From a virus: a DNA stretch of 64,000 bases. The stretch covers positions 7,509 through 71,508 of IMG/VR virus record IMGVR_UViG_3300032092_000023; one strand, given 5' to 3'. The position numbers and the translations under genes are program-made. Shown piece after piece: positions 46,879-55,555 of this stretch; position 1 is the stretch's first letter; every line of letters begins with the position of its first letter. The notes beneath the pieces are model-generated. The model had not been told where the DNA came from. It worked only from the letters and a program-made list of their open reading frames with translations, and did not search any database.

Positions 46879-48699
46879 TTATATCTCCGAGTAAAGTATG
46901 ATCTTTACACCTAAGGATCTTGCTTTATCCATTTTTGAACTGGCAGAACTAAGATCATCAGTAAAGAGCACTTTAGCTTCTTTCAGTCCTGTGTGATAGT
47001 AGCCTTTCGACTTTGCATAGGCAAGAAATTCTTCCTTGGTCTTGTAGCCAGCAGATTTTGGAGAACCTGTAAATTCGCAAGGAATTGCATCTTCAGCAAT
47101 TTTCTCCGGCATGACGATCCGCAAGTAGCCTTGCAAGTTTTCTACCAATTTTTCGTAAGCAATTCGTTTTTCACCAGTTGGTTCAAAACCAGCAATTACA
47201 GATTTCTCTAGACCAGAGAAGTTATGCGGTACGCCTGATATGTAATTTCCTAGCTGTTTTGCAGTAGTGGAACCCATACCTTCAATTCCCATAGTTGCTA
47301 TAATAGCCGCTGGAGTAATTTCGGTAACTTTGGTAAGTTCCTTATAGAGGTTATCAAGAACCTTCCCTCCTTTAACACCTAAGCTAATTAACCTGTCACG
47401 GTTCATTAACTCTGGATTAAATAGCTCCAAAGCATTACGGAATCCTGCATCCCAGAATTGTTGAATTAATGCACCGCCTGCTCCGTCAAGATCGAGCGAG
47501 CGGACACCTAAGTAAAACTTGTACCATTCTTTAACCGTACAATCATTTGCTGGGCAATGTAAATGGATTCCATCAATTACTAAGTCAGTACCGCACTGAC
47601 AGGTTTTAGGATGTTCAAGAGCCTCGGTACCCGGCGTAATTACTCGGGTAATTTGCGGAATGATATCACCAGATTTGGCAATCGCCACGGTAGCTCCTGG
47701 ATATGCGCCAATTGCTTTGATGTAGCCGTAGTTAAAGAGAGATGCCCGAGAAACTGTTGAACCGTCAAGATCAATAGGTTCCATGATGGCTACCGGGCAG
47801 AGTTCACCGGTTTTTCCATACTGCCAAGATATACTAACAATTTTGGTAATTGCTTCTTTTGGTGGAAACTTAATGGCAACTGCCCAGTTAGGATCGTGGC
47901 TATTTTCGCCCCAGACAGGACGGATTCCTTCGGGTGCTTTAATTACAAATCCGTCTAATTGGTAATCGCTGTTTTTGCGATAGTCAGACATATTTTGGTA
48001 GACCGTTTCGAAAGAATCCAGTCCGCAGTAAAAGATATGCGCTCTGTGTAAGAATCCTGGAATTAGTGGAGCAATGTAAATAGTTTCGCCGTCTTGTTGT
48101 TGGCGAACTTCCAAGGGAATAAAGTCAAGACCAGCCAATACTTCCGCTGGATTCTCATCTCGGTTAAGAACACCTGCAACGTAATTTCTAGGGTTCTTGA
48201 AAGATGAATATTTTTCGTTAAATGTAGAAATCTTAATAACTACTTCTCCGCGAACTTCCACAGTACCAGCAAGATCAATCCGTTGAGGTATGCTGTGTCG
48301 TACCTTGTCAGTAATATCACGGCCTTTGGTTCCGTTACCACGAGTTAGCACCTGTAATAATCGTCCTTCTTGATAGATTGCATTAGCCGCGTTACCATCA
48401 TATTTCGGAGTAATCTCAAACGAGGTAGCTCCAAACTTTTTCATCCAGTTTGTTGCAGATTCCGTAGGAGGAATACCGCTAACGGAAGCCTGAAACTTAG
48501 CAAGAGAAAGCATTGGACTAGGATGTGAATACTTAGCCTTGCGATCATCGGCACCTACAACGTGAGGTGCATCAGATCCAAGAGTTATTAATTCTTTTTC
48601 CAATTGGTCGAACTCATCATCATTCATAATGGGTTCACCTGAGTAGTAAGCCTCCTTGGCTGTAAAATAGAGCTGTTCTAAATCAAACCGTTTACTCAT
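46879..48699 (-). CDS. ligA: NAD-dependent DNA ligase
   Basis: AYY.GEP...D.EFD.L, H..PMLSL, KYDG, TRGNG..G.DIT, EVRGE, NPRN, DG.VIK, A.KFP, GDIIPQI, Zn-finger Cys, C-terminal BRCT-like. Confidence 0.95.
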   Translation of the reverse strand: MSKRFDLEQLYFTAKEAYYSGEPIMNDDEFDQLEKELITLGSDAPHVVGADDRKAKYSHPSPMLSLAKFQASVSGIPPTESATNWMKKFGATSFEITPKYDGNAANAIYQEGRLLQVLTRGNGTKGRDITDKVRHSIPQRIDLAGTVEVRGEVVIKISTFNEKYSSFKNPRNYVAGVLNRDENPAEVLAGLDFIPLEVRQQQDGETIYIAPLIPGFLHRAHIFYCGLDSFETVYQNMSDYRKNSDYQLDGFVIKAPEGIRPVWGENSHDPNWAVAIKFPPKEAITKIVSISWQYGKTGELCPVAIMEPIDLDGSTVSRASLFNYGYIKAIGAYPGATVAIAKSGDIIPQITRVITPGTEALEHPKTCQCGTDLVIDGIHLHCPANDCTVKEWYKFYLGVRSLDLDGAGGALIQQFWDAGFRNALELFNPELMNRDRLISLGVKGGKVLDNLYKELTKVTEITPAAIIATMGIEGMGSTTAKQLGNYISGVPHNFSGLEKSVIAGFEPTGEKRIAYEKLVENLQGYLRIVMPEKIAEDAIPCEFTGSPKSAGYKTKEEFLAYAKSKGYYHTGLKEAKVLFTDDLSSASSKMDKARSLGVKIILYSEI

Positions 48700-48720
48700 A
48701 TAGTGTTTTTATTAATAGAG

Positions 48721-48776
48721 TAAAATTAACCATTCTATTCTTACCAAGCAAATATTTTTTCTTAAAGTTATTAACA
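48721..48776 (-). promoter_or_regulatory. Bacteroidota sigmaA-type promoter with upstream TGTTAATAACTTT element
   Basis: TTTG(48752-48749)-N20-TAATTTTA(48728-48721); 13-mer at 48764-48776. Confidence 0.72.
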
Positions 48777-48777
48777 A

Positions 48778-49452
48778 TTACGTTGCTGGAATGTGGTCAT
48801 CAACTTGCACACGATTTCGAGTGGACATAATATCTTCCAACTCTTTTAGTGAGTAGGGACGAAACTCCGGATGTGTATCAATACCTACATCAAGTGTCTT
48901 GCCGTTTGCATGTTGCGTAGGATGCGAGCCTTCGGCCAGCTGACGTAGTTCATTAAAGCGTTTCTTGTCTAGAAGTGCTGTAATCATGGGTCCAGGTACC
49001 ATTGGACTGAGAGAACCATGGCTATGACCGTGTAACATCCAAGAACCGCGATGTGATTCGTTCCACACACGAAATCCATAATGTGACAGTATAATTTTTT
49101 GACCGTTCAGATTAATTTCCCGATAGAATTCATTGGTTTCAAAGAGATCTTGCAGATCAGATTCATTGGTATAGATCCGCTTATCATGGTTCCCATAAAT
49201 AAGATGGACTTGCTTACAGCGTAACTTATAACGAAATTCACGGTAGCCTTTTGGATCGCCAAAGGCAAAGTCCCCTAGGTGAAAAAGAATATCATCTTCT
49301 TTTACTACTCTGTTAATTCCATCTACAATAGCAGTGTTCATTTCCTCTATTGTGTTGAAGTCACGACAGCCATCTTTGTTGGACCAGGACGATACACCAC
49401 GAACTATGTTTTTGTGGTTGTAGTGGGTATCTGCGGTGAAGAATATTTCCAT
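48778..49452 (-). CDS. Calcineurin-like metallophosphoesterase
   Basis: FTADTH..H.NI, HLGDFA, GNHD, LSHY, HGHSH, DVGID. Confidence 0.9.
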   Translation of the reverse strand: MEIFFTADTHYNHKNIVRGVSSWSNKDGCRDFNTIEEMNTAIVDGINRVVKEDDILFHLGDFAFGDPKGYREFRYKLRCKQVHLIYGNHDKRIYTNESDLQDLFETNEFYREINLNGQKIILSHYGFRVWNESHRGSWMLHGHSHGSLSPMVPGPMITALLDKKRFNELRQLAEGSHPTQHANGKTLDVGIDTHPEFRPYSLKELEDIMSTRNRVQVDDHIPAT

Positions 49453-49467
49453 ATCTATTTTATACAA

Positions 49468-49495
49468 CAAAGGCCCGATTGTTTTCGGGCCTTTG
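49468..49495. terminator. Hairpin terminator overlapping a promoter motif
   Basis: caaaggcccga-ttgttt-tcgggcctttg. Confidence 0.8.
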
Positions 49496-49502
49496 GTTTG
49501 TG

Positions 49503-50171
49503 TTAATCTTCAAGAACTTTTTGCAAATGAGCGCACTTTTCATATTCTTCTTGAGCAATGAAATACTCAATCATTTGTGTTATCATCTTGCGTTTATCCT
49601 CGTGACTATCAATCTTTACTAACAGTTGTGCATCAGAAAGTAAAACGTTTTTCTTAAAGTCTTTCGGGTTATCTTTTAGATAATCATAGACTTGCCGGTA
49701 AAAATCCTGCGTATTCTCATCGATTGCATCTTTGTCTGTTGGTTTGTAAGTCCATTCTTCAATGGGCATAAAGCGGGAATTAAGTTTTTCTACGTTCTCA
49801 TCACCACCGCCTGAACCAAAAACTCGGTTATGAATTAATGCTGTTTGCAATGATAGTAAAAAACCATTATCAATGTCGTCGGATGTGTATCGATAATCCT
49901 CAGGTTCTAACAGATCCCAATCACTAGGAAATTGATGAGGAGATACCACAAGAACTGTTCCGTACATAGGAACACCAAAGAAAAAAGAGGCAAGCTGGTT
50001 AAGCGGCTCGCCGGATTCTTTGGCTTTTTCGTGGTACATAATCCACACTGGACCTATTTTCAAGGGTTCAACAAAACCATTAACGTGATCGTTTAATTCT
50101 TGCAAATTAAACTTACGTTCCACTGGACGAACCATCCTTACAATACAGTCTGTTGAAATTTTGATAGCCAT
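49503..50171 (-). CDS. Hypothetical protein with C-terminal UvrB/UvrC-like motif
   Basis: EEYEKCAHL at the C-terminus; N-terminal L.EL...V.G.VE / N.LAS motif. Confidence 0.65.
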   Translation of the reverse strand: MAIKISTDCIVRMVRPVERKFNLQELNDHVNGFVEPLKIGPVWIMYHEKAKESGEPLNQLASFFFGVPMYGTVLVVSPHQFPSDWDLLEPEDYRYTSDDIDNGFLLSLQTALIHNRVFGSGGGDENVEKLNSRFMPIEEWTYKPTDKDAIDENTQDFYRQVYDYLKDNPKDFKKNVLLSDAQLLVKIDSHEDKRKMITQMIEYFIAQEEYEKCAHLQKVLED

Positions 50172-50182
50172 AGTCTTAATAA

Positions 50183-52042
50183 TTAGATGTTAATTTCGCA
50201 TGCATTCCCAGCGCAAGCAGCTTCTCCTTTTAGGTCAGTTGCGTCGTCATCTTCATGAATACTTGTCAGATTAACATTGGTTATATTTTCTGCCAACTTA
50301 TAAAACTCTTCTTCGGTAATATCCTCAAAAGGTGCTTGAATGTAAGATCCGCCATCATATGGAAGAACGCTTAACCCATTGTAGCAATGTTTGTTTTTCC
50401 ACATCCATTCACCAACCGTTTCCCAATCGTTTTCTTTAATTGAAATTGTTGCAGAAACATTGTGCGTATTACTTCCTGTAATATGTCCTACTTTAATCCA
50501 CTCCAAATAGACTTTCTTAACACGCTCAAGTAATTCCATTGAAGACTCGGTGCGTAAGATTGCACCAGCAGGTGCTTTAATTGGAATCTCAATAACAGCA
50601 GTAGTATGAGGAGAAAAGTATTCGTCTTTAACCAACTCTGGATGCATAACTGAAAGGTATTGGTAAATTGCTTCATTCTTACCTACACGCATGCGGCGGA
50701 TATAGTAATCATTGTGCCAAGCATGAATTCCAGAAGAACATCCTAGAACAAGCGAAGATGTTCCGCTAGGTTTTACCGTGGTAGTACGAGCTGCTTTATT
50801 AATTCCTATGATTGCAGCAATTCTAACGTTTTCTTCTTTAACCGCAGTTGCTGCTGCTTTCATATCAAGCTCAAGAACTCGGCCTGAACCGATTCCTGTC
50901 ATACCTACACCAATTAACGCATCCTTTTCGGTATTACGTTTCCAGATAGGACGAAGGTAATGGAAGTCAGTATAGCCTGCTTGTAGCGTTCCAATGAAAG
51001 ATGCTGCCCGGCAGCGAGCCTCATAATCTTCTTGTGATTCCAAATCATCAACATTAACTTCCGTTAAGTTACAGAATTGATTTGGACGAAGAGCAATTTC
51101 GCAGCAAGGATTAGTGCCCCAGTCTTTATCGTTATTAAAATAGATGCCTGGCTCGCCCGATCCGCTAGCTTCAATCTTTTTCCAGAGATCCATGAAATCT
51201 TCTTTCTCAATACGATTTCTCAAGATAACTGCAGAGTTATTAGAACGTCCTCTTTGCGGATTCAATTCCCACCAGTTACCAAACTTACAAGTAAGCATAT
51301 CTTCATCATCAAACGAAAAGAGTGAGATAAGAGCCGCTCGGCGAATACCGCCTGCAAGCACAGCATCGGCAATAAAGCAGACAACATCATGAACCTCAAT
51401 AGCTGTTAGCTGTTCGCCGTTATTCTTACGCTCCATGATAAGTTCAATGTTCATTAAACATCTTTTCAATGGTTCTGGACCGGGTGCCTTTCCACCTGAT
51501 GTAATTAGTCTTGCACCTTTAGGACGAATGTCGCGAAAATCAAAGTCGGGTTTAACACCGCCAGTGAAGTACGACTTTATTAAATATTTTACCGCGTCTG
51601 CCCAGCCTTCAATTGAATCTCCTACTAGGTAACGACGAGTCTTTTTAGGTTTGTTTATTTCTGGAAGTTTTTCTATGTGGTGGCTCTGTACACTGTAACC
51701 TACGCCAGTTCCGCCAAGAAGCAAGAACATAATCTCGCCAAATGCACGCCAGTCATCAACAGGAAGGTATGCGCAGTTAAAGACGCGGTTTGGCGACATC
51801 TCGATAGGTTTTCCACCAAACTGTAAAGATCGCATAGAAGGAAGAACCTTCTTTGTCTTTACAAAGTTATCATAGACATTGGTAATTTCATCAGCAAGCA
51901 TCGGATACTTTTTGATGTGCATTTCTTTGTTTCGGTCGACTATCTCTTCCCAGTTTTCTCTGCGGTTTTTTTCTGGTAAGTACTTTGCATACTTGGTAAA
52001 AACTGTAATTTCACTTAATACATCAATTGATTTGTCCTTCAT
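50183..52042 (-). CDS. nrdJ: Class II (adenosylcobalamin-dependent) ribonucleotide reductase
   Basis: VLPSMRSLQ, FNCA, GTGVGYS, RPKGA.L.TSGG.APGPEPL, GGIRRAA, TNPCCEI, CNLTE, VKPSGT, C-terminal AACAG.ACE. Confidence 0.95.
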   Translation of the reverse strand: MKDKSIDVLSEITVFTKYAKYLPEKNRRENWEEIVDRNKEMHIKKYPMLADEITNVYDNFVKTKKVLPSMRSLQFGGKPIEMSPNRVFNCAYLPVDDWRAFGEIMFLLLGGTGVGYSVQSHHIEKLPEINKPKKTRRYLVGDSIEGWADAVKYLIKSYFTGGVKPDFDFRDIRPKGARLITSGGKAPGPEPLKRCLMNIELIMERKNNGEQLTAIEVHDVVCFIADAVLAGGIRRAALISLFSFDDEDMLTCKFGNWWELNPQRGRSNNSAVILRNRIEKEDFMDLWKKIEASGSGEPGIYFNNDKDWGTNPCCEIALRPNQFCNLTEVNVDDLESQEDYEARCRAASFIGTLQAGYTDFHYLRPIWKRNTEKDALIGVGMTGIGSGRVLELDMKAAATAVKEENVRIAAIIGINKAARTTTVKPSGTSSLVLGCSSGIHAWHNDYYIRRMRVGKNEAIYQYLSVMHPELVKDEYFSPHTTAVIEIPIKAPAGAILRTESSMELLERVKKVYLEWIKVGHITGSNTHNVSATISIKENDWETVGEWMWKNKHCYNGLSVLPYDGGSYIQAPFEDITEEEFYKLAENITNVNLTSIHEDDDATDLKGEAACAGNACEINI

Positions 52043-52074
52043 ATTTAAAAAATGTTTTTGGTGCTTGGTTTGAT

Positions 52075-52377
52075 TTATTGGTTCGTAAAGTATTCTATTG
52101 CCTTTTCGATACGTGTTGATATTATGTGGGTACGATATTCCTCGTTAAGATAAACCTGAATCATAAAGACTGGTTTAAAAGTTTCCGTATCAATCCACGT
52201 ATGAATGTCAAAGTCCTCGTACTTACCTTGGTGTTGTTGAAGGTATTCAGCAATTTCCTTCAGGCGGTCAGGATTGTCTTGGAGTTCTTCAATTGAGAAC
52301 TTAAAGAACTTATATAGTGACGGCCGGTCAACGCTTTGCTGCAAGCGTTCTGTAATTTGGTGGTATATGGTATTCAT
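52075..52377 (-). CDS. Hypothetical protein
   Basis: 100-aa ORF in operon context. Confidence 0.6.
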   Translation of the reverse strand: MNTIYHQITERLQQSVDRPSLYKFFKFSIEELQDNPDRLKEIAEYLQQHQGKYEDFDIHTWIDTETFKPVFMIQVYLNEEYRTHIISTRIEKAIEYFTNQ

Positions 52378-52393
52378 TTTGGATTGTATATAT

Positions 52394-53776
52394 TCATAAA
52401 GTGTTCATTTTCGCCTTCAATTGTTCAATTTCGTCCTCAATTTCTATATAAATTTTCTTGGATGCCTTTCTTTTTCCGTAATACTCAGAAAGAATGGTTC
52501 GGAAAACACTGTCTTCGTCTTTCTTAAATACTGCGCCCGACGAACAATAAATTTCGGTTTCAGGGTTTACCTGTGCCTGGTCTTCCACATTTCTTAAATA
52601 AGATTCAGGTGATATGTTCCACTGGCGCATGATTGACGGATATAGCGAAGCAAAGTCAAAAGATACCACCCACTCATAGAGGCCTGTCTTAGGTTCTACA
52701 ACAAACGCTCCTTCATAAGATTCGCGCTTTTTCTTAGCAGCGTCTGACTTAGGGAATACTTTCCCTCTTCTTTGAAACTCTCTTGCCATCGCAGCTTCTG
52801 CCATCCAAATAGGGCTATATGCTCGGTTAGCTTCCACTTTGGTAATGTTTCCTAATGTTAGGAAAGTTTGCAATGTGTTTAGCTTGCGGTCAATCATTTC
52901 GACAAGTTTGGTATCGACTGCATTGTAAAAGATGTATGATTCAAAATCGTTTTGATACAAGTCTTGGAGCGTTCCGTTGTACTTTACTTTAGGAATTCCT
53001 AAAGCAGCGCTAGCAACAAAGTCAAGCGTATTGTTTTCTTTAATGTCAATGACACGATCCCATTTCTTATAGACATCAAGATAATCGACTACCATGCGGT
53101 GCATAGGTAATTGTGCATCTCCTACTATACGATTAGATATTGAGCAAGCGCTAGGATCAATGTTGAGACGTTTACATCGATTCATTAGGTAAGCCCAGTC
53201 ATATCCGACAAAATTCCACCCAGTTAGCAAAGGCATCTTAAGAACCGCTTTATAGAAAAAGCTAACCATCATATCATACTCACTCTGAAAGGGAAGATAC
53301 GTAAATTCCACTTCTTCTTTTAAGTGTTCTTCTATTCTTTTCTTGATGCTGGCAATTTGCTTTGCCGTCAGCGGGCGGGTTGCCATTGAAAAGATGCGGT
53401 TACCATTGCAAAAGGTTATTGCGGTAACAGGAAATTTTGCAGTGTCAGGCTTTGGCCATTCATCGCCAACCTCAACCTCAATATCGAGAAAAAACTTTTT
53501 GGGTGCATGTGTTGAATAAATGTTTCGTGTCCTTTCTTCAGGCAGTGACCCAAGAAATTCCTCAATTCTCCACTTACTTAAGTATCGAGCCCGTCTTTTT
53601 CTAACGGGCTTGCCATCCCATGATTGAGCGCCAGGATGCGGTTTTTCTCCTAATGCACAGTATTCCCACTCAAACATTTGGTCAGCAGGAATATCAATCT
53701 TATCAATTGCAATTTCACCGTTTTCATCAAAGTAAGATATCTTGAGCGATGAGTCGTGTTGTTCTATGTCTATCAT
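52394..53776 (-). CDS. gp43A: Family B DNA polymerase, N-terminal half (3'-5' exonuclease plus motif A)
   Basis: LDIEV (ExoI), TGWN...YD..YL.NR (ExoII), YNAVDT (ExoIII), YEGAFV.EP..G, SFDFASLYPSIM (motif A); ends in the first fingers helix. Confidence 0.93.
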   Translation of the reverse strand: MIDIEQHDSSLKISYFDENGEIAIDKIDIPADQMFEWEYCALGEKPHPGAQSWDGKPVRKRRARYLSKWRIEEFLGSLPEERTRNIYSTHAPKKFFLDIEVEVGDEWPKPDTAKFPVTAITFCNGNRIFSMATRPLTAKQIASIKKRIEEHLKEEVEFTYLPFQSEYDMMVSFFYKAVLKMPLLTGWNFVGYDWAYLMNRCKRLNIDPSACSISNRIVGDAQLPMHRMVVDYLDVYKKWDRVIDIKENNTLDFVASAALGIPKVKYNGTLQDLYQNDFESYIFYNAVDTKLVEMIDRKLNTLQTFLTLGNITKVEANRAYSPIWMAEAAMAREFQRRGKVFPKSDAAKKKRESYEGAFVVEPKTGLYEWVVSFDFASLYPSIMRQWNISPESYLRNVEDQAQVNPETEIYCSSGAVFKKDEDSVFRTILSEYYGKRKASKKIYIEIEDEIEQLKAKMNTL

Positions 53777-53779
53777 ATA

Positions 53780-54217
53780 TTAGTTTTCGCCGGTTGAACC
53801 AAATCCTCCTTCACCACGTTGAGTAACTTCTCGGTATAAGTTGTCCATGATTACTTCTTGCGGTTCTGCGTAATTAACAGGAACAAGAATGAATTGTGTT
53901 AGTTTATCTCCTGGACGGATTAGTTGTCCAATGTCAGATGTGTTAATCATATTCAAATGGATTTCTCCTTGATAGTCTTCATCAACTACGCAAGCACCTA
54001 CAATCATTCCTGTCTTGCTAGCAACACCGCTCTTGTTAAAAGCTATTAGTGCATAGCCATCAGGAAGGGAAACTTTAATTCCGCTAGGAATCAGGGTTCT
54101 TTGATTTGGCAGAACCGTCATTTCGATAAAATCATTAGGTACAAAAAAGTCGATCCCTGCGGATAGCGCAGTGCCACGTGACGGCGACTTTACATCTCTT
54201 ACTTTAGAAAATTTCAT
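53780..54217 (-). CDS. dut: dUTPase
   Basis: SAGID, KSG, VVDEDYQGE, GDKL.Q, RGEGGFGSTG. Confidence 0.95.
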   Translation of the reverse strand: MKFSKVRDVKSPSRGTALSAGIDFFVPNDFIEMTVLPNQRTLIPSGIKVSLPDGYALIAFNKSGVASKTGMIVGACVVDEDYQGEIHLNMINTSDIGQLIRPGDKLTQFILVPVNYAEPQEVIMDNLYREVTQRGEGGFGSTGEN

Positions 54218-54348
54218 AATACTTTTATTGTTATATTCTCTATAAGATTTATAGTTTCTGCCAAAGTTTAAGAACTATTTTTCAAATTCTGAATAAAACT
54301 ATCATGGGATGGTTGTCCGAGGACTACTATTAGTCGACACGAGATTAT

Positions 54349-54430
54349 TGACACAATGACAACCCGTTTGTCTTAAGAGTGACAAGATGACCTCTTTTGG
54401 ATTCTTTCCGTGAACTGGCATACATATTGG
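54349..54430 (+). promoter_or_regulatory. sigma54-like -24/-12 element with two upstream TGACAnnATGAC boxes
   Basis: TGACACAATGAC 54349-54360, TGACAAGATGAC 54380-54391, TGGCA-N6-TTG 54416-54429. Confidence 0.5.
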
Positions 54431-54452
54431 GATAATAGAAATAAAAAACAAT

Positions 54453-54806
54453 ATGTATATGAAAAGATCAAACTTTTTTAATCTATTTGATGAAATGACA
54501 GGATTATCACATGGACTTAACCGTAACATGGAAGTCAAAAAAGATGATGATTCTTATGTGGTTACAATGATGTTACCTGGATTTGCTAAAGAAGATATCG
54601 CTATTGACACGGAAGGAGACATGCTGGAGGTAACTGCTAAAACAGACCGTCCGTTGCCATCTTTTGTCAACAAAGAGTTTTCACAACGTCTTTATCTAGA
54701 AAACCTAGACTCGGAAAGTATAAAAGGAAAATTGGAAAATGGTGTGTTAACATTAACTCTAGCCACTAAAAAGAAAAAGGACAGCAGAAAAATCTTGCTG
54801 TCCTAA
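54453..54806 (+). CDS. hsp20: Small heat shock protein (Hsp20)
   Basis: LPGF.KEDI.I, L.V.A, F...L, I.GKLENGVL.L.L, C-terminal RKI.L. Confidence 0.92.
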   Translation: MYMKRSNFFNLFDEMTGLSHGLNRNMEVKKDDDSYVVTMMLPGFAKEDIAIDTEGDMLEVTAKTDRPLPSFVNKEFSQRLYLENLDSESIKGKLENGVLTLTLATKKKKDSRKILLS

Positions 54807-54829
54807 AAAAGTAATTGTTGTAAAGTATT

Positions 54830-55201
54830 TTAGAATTTCATGGAATACGATTCAATTCTTCCATCTTGTATCAATCGATGTAGAAGTCCATCACTAACTT
54901 TAAAAGCTTTTTCAGCACCTATCGGTCTGACCATAATAGTATCGCTGCCGACAAGAATACCTATACTTGGACCAAATACTTGTTTTCCACCCGCCCAAAC
55001 AAAATTGGGAAAGTACATGAAAGACGTATCAGACCAGGTGTATTTTTCTTTCTTTAAATAATCTAAAAAATCAGCAGCGGCTTTTTTAATCTCTTTTGCG
55101 TCTTCGGAGAATTCGGTTTCTTTCTTAGAGAATACAAATGACTTTACCATTTCATTTATATTTTCGTTGACAAAGCTGTCAAATGTATGTATGTGTTTCA
55201 T
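54830..55201 (-). CDS. Leader-bearing hypothetical protein
   Basis: MKHIHTFDSFVNENINE. Confidence 0.75.
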   Translation of the reverse strand: MKHIHTFDSFVNENINEMVKSFVFSKKETEFSEDAKEIKKAAADFLDYLKKEKYTWSDTSFMYFPNFVWAGGKQVFGPSIGILVGSDTIMVRPIGAEKAFKVSDGLLHRLIQDGRIESYSMKF

Positions 55202-55554
55202 ATCTTTGATATTTTGATAAGTTTAGCAGAAGCTTGTCCCATCTTATTTGTAATAGTGACTTTAAAGTCAGAATCTTTAATAAAAGGAAGCTGCGCTACT
55301 ATGGTAAAACTTTCGTTTTCTAAGCTTGCTTCATTTCCTCCGGATACTGTTAGACCATTTGGGAGGCTCTTGTTAGACATCCAATAATCAATTAACGCTT
55401 TTGCTACCTTAGCTGAATTTTTATCAGCAATAATCATTGATGCAGGAAACCCTGGTAAATCTACTGGGCTATATGTAGTATCTCCATTACTAGATTTCCA
55501 AGTTTCTAGTTTGCCTTCATTTAAAAAACTTTCAAATGTATGTATGTGTTTCAT
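55198..55554 (-). CDS. Leader-bearing hypothetical protein
   Basis: MKHIHTFESFLNE. Confidence 0.75.
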   Translation of the reverse strand: MKHIHTFESFLNEGKLETWKSSNGDTTYSPVDLPGFPASMIIADKNSAKVAKALIDYWMSNKSLPNGLTVSGGNEASLENESFTIVAQLPFIKDSDFKVTITNKMGQASAKLIKISKI

Positions 55555-55555
55555 A

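Noticed and set aside
9588-53776. Inteins, introns or homing endonucleases in terL, helicase, polB, topoisomerase or nrdJ
   Set aside because: Lengths are ordinary and no splicing or LAGLIDADG/HNH motifs were seen.
54300-54450. tRNA or structured ncRNA, or ORF 54302..54538, upstream of hsp20
   Set aside because: No cloverleaf or strong stem could be seen; better explained as promoter region. No tRNAs were recognised anywhere in the window by eye.
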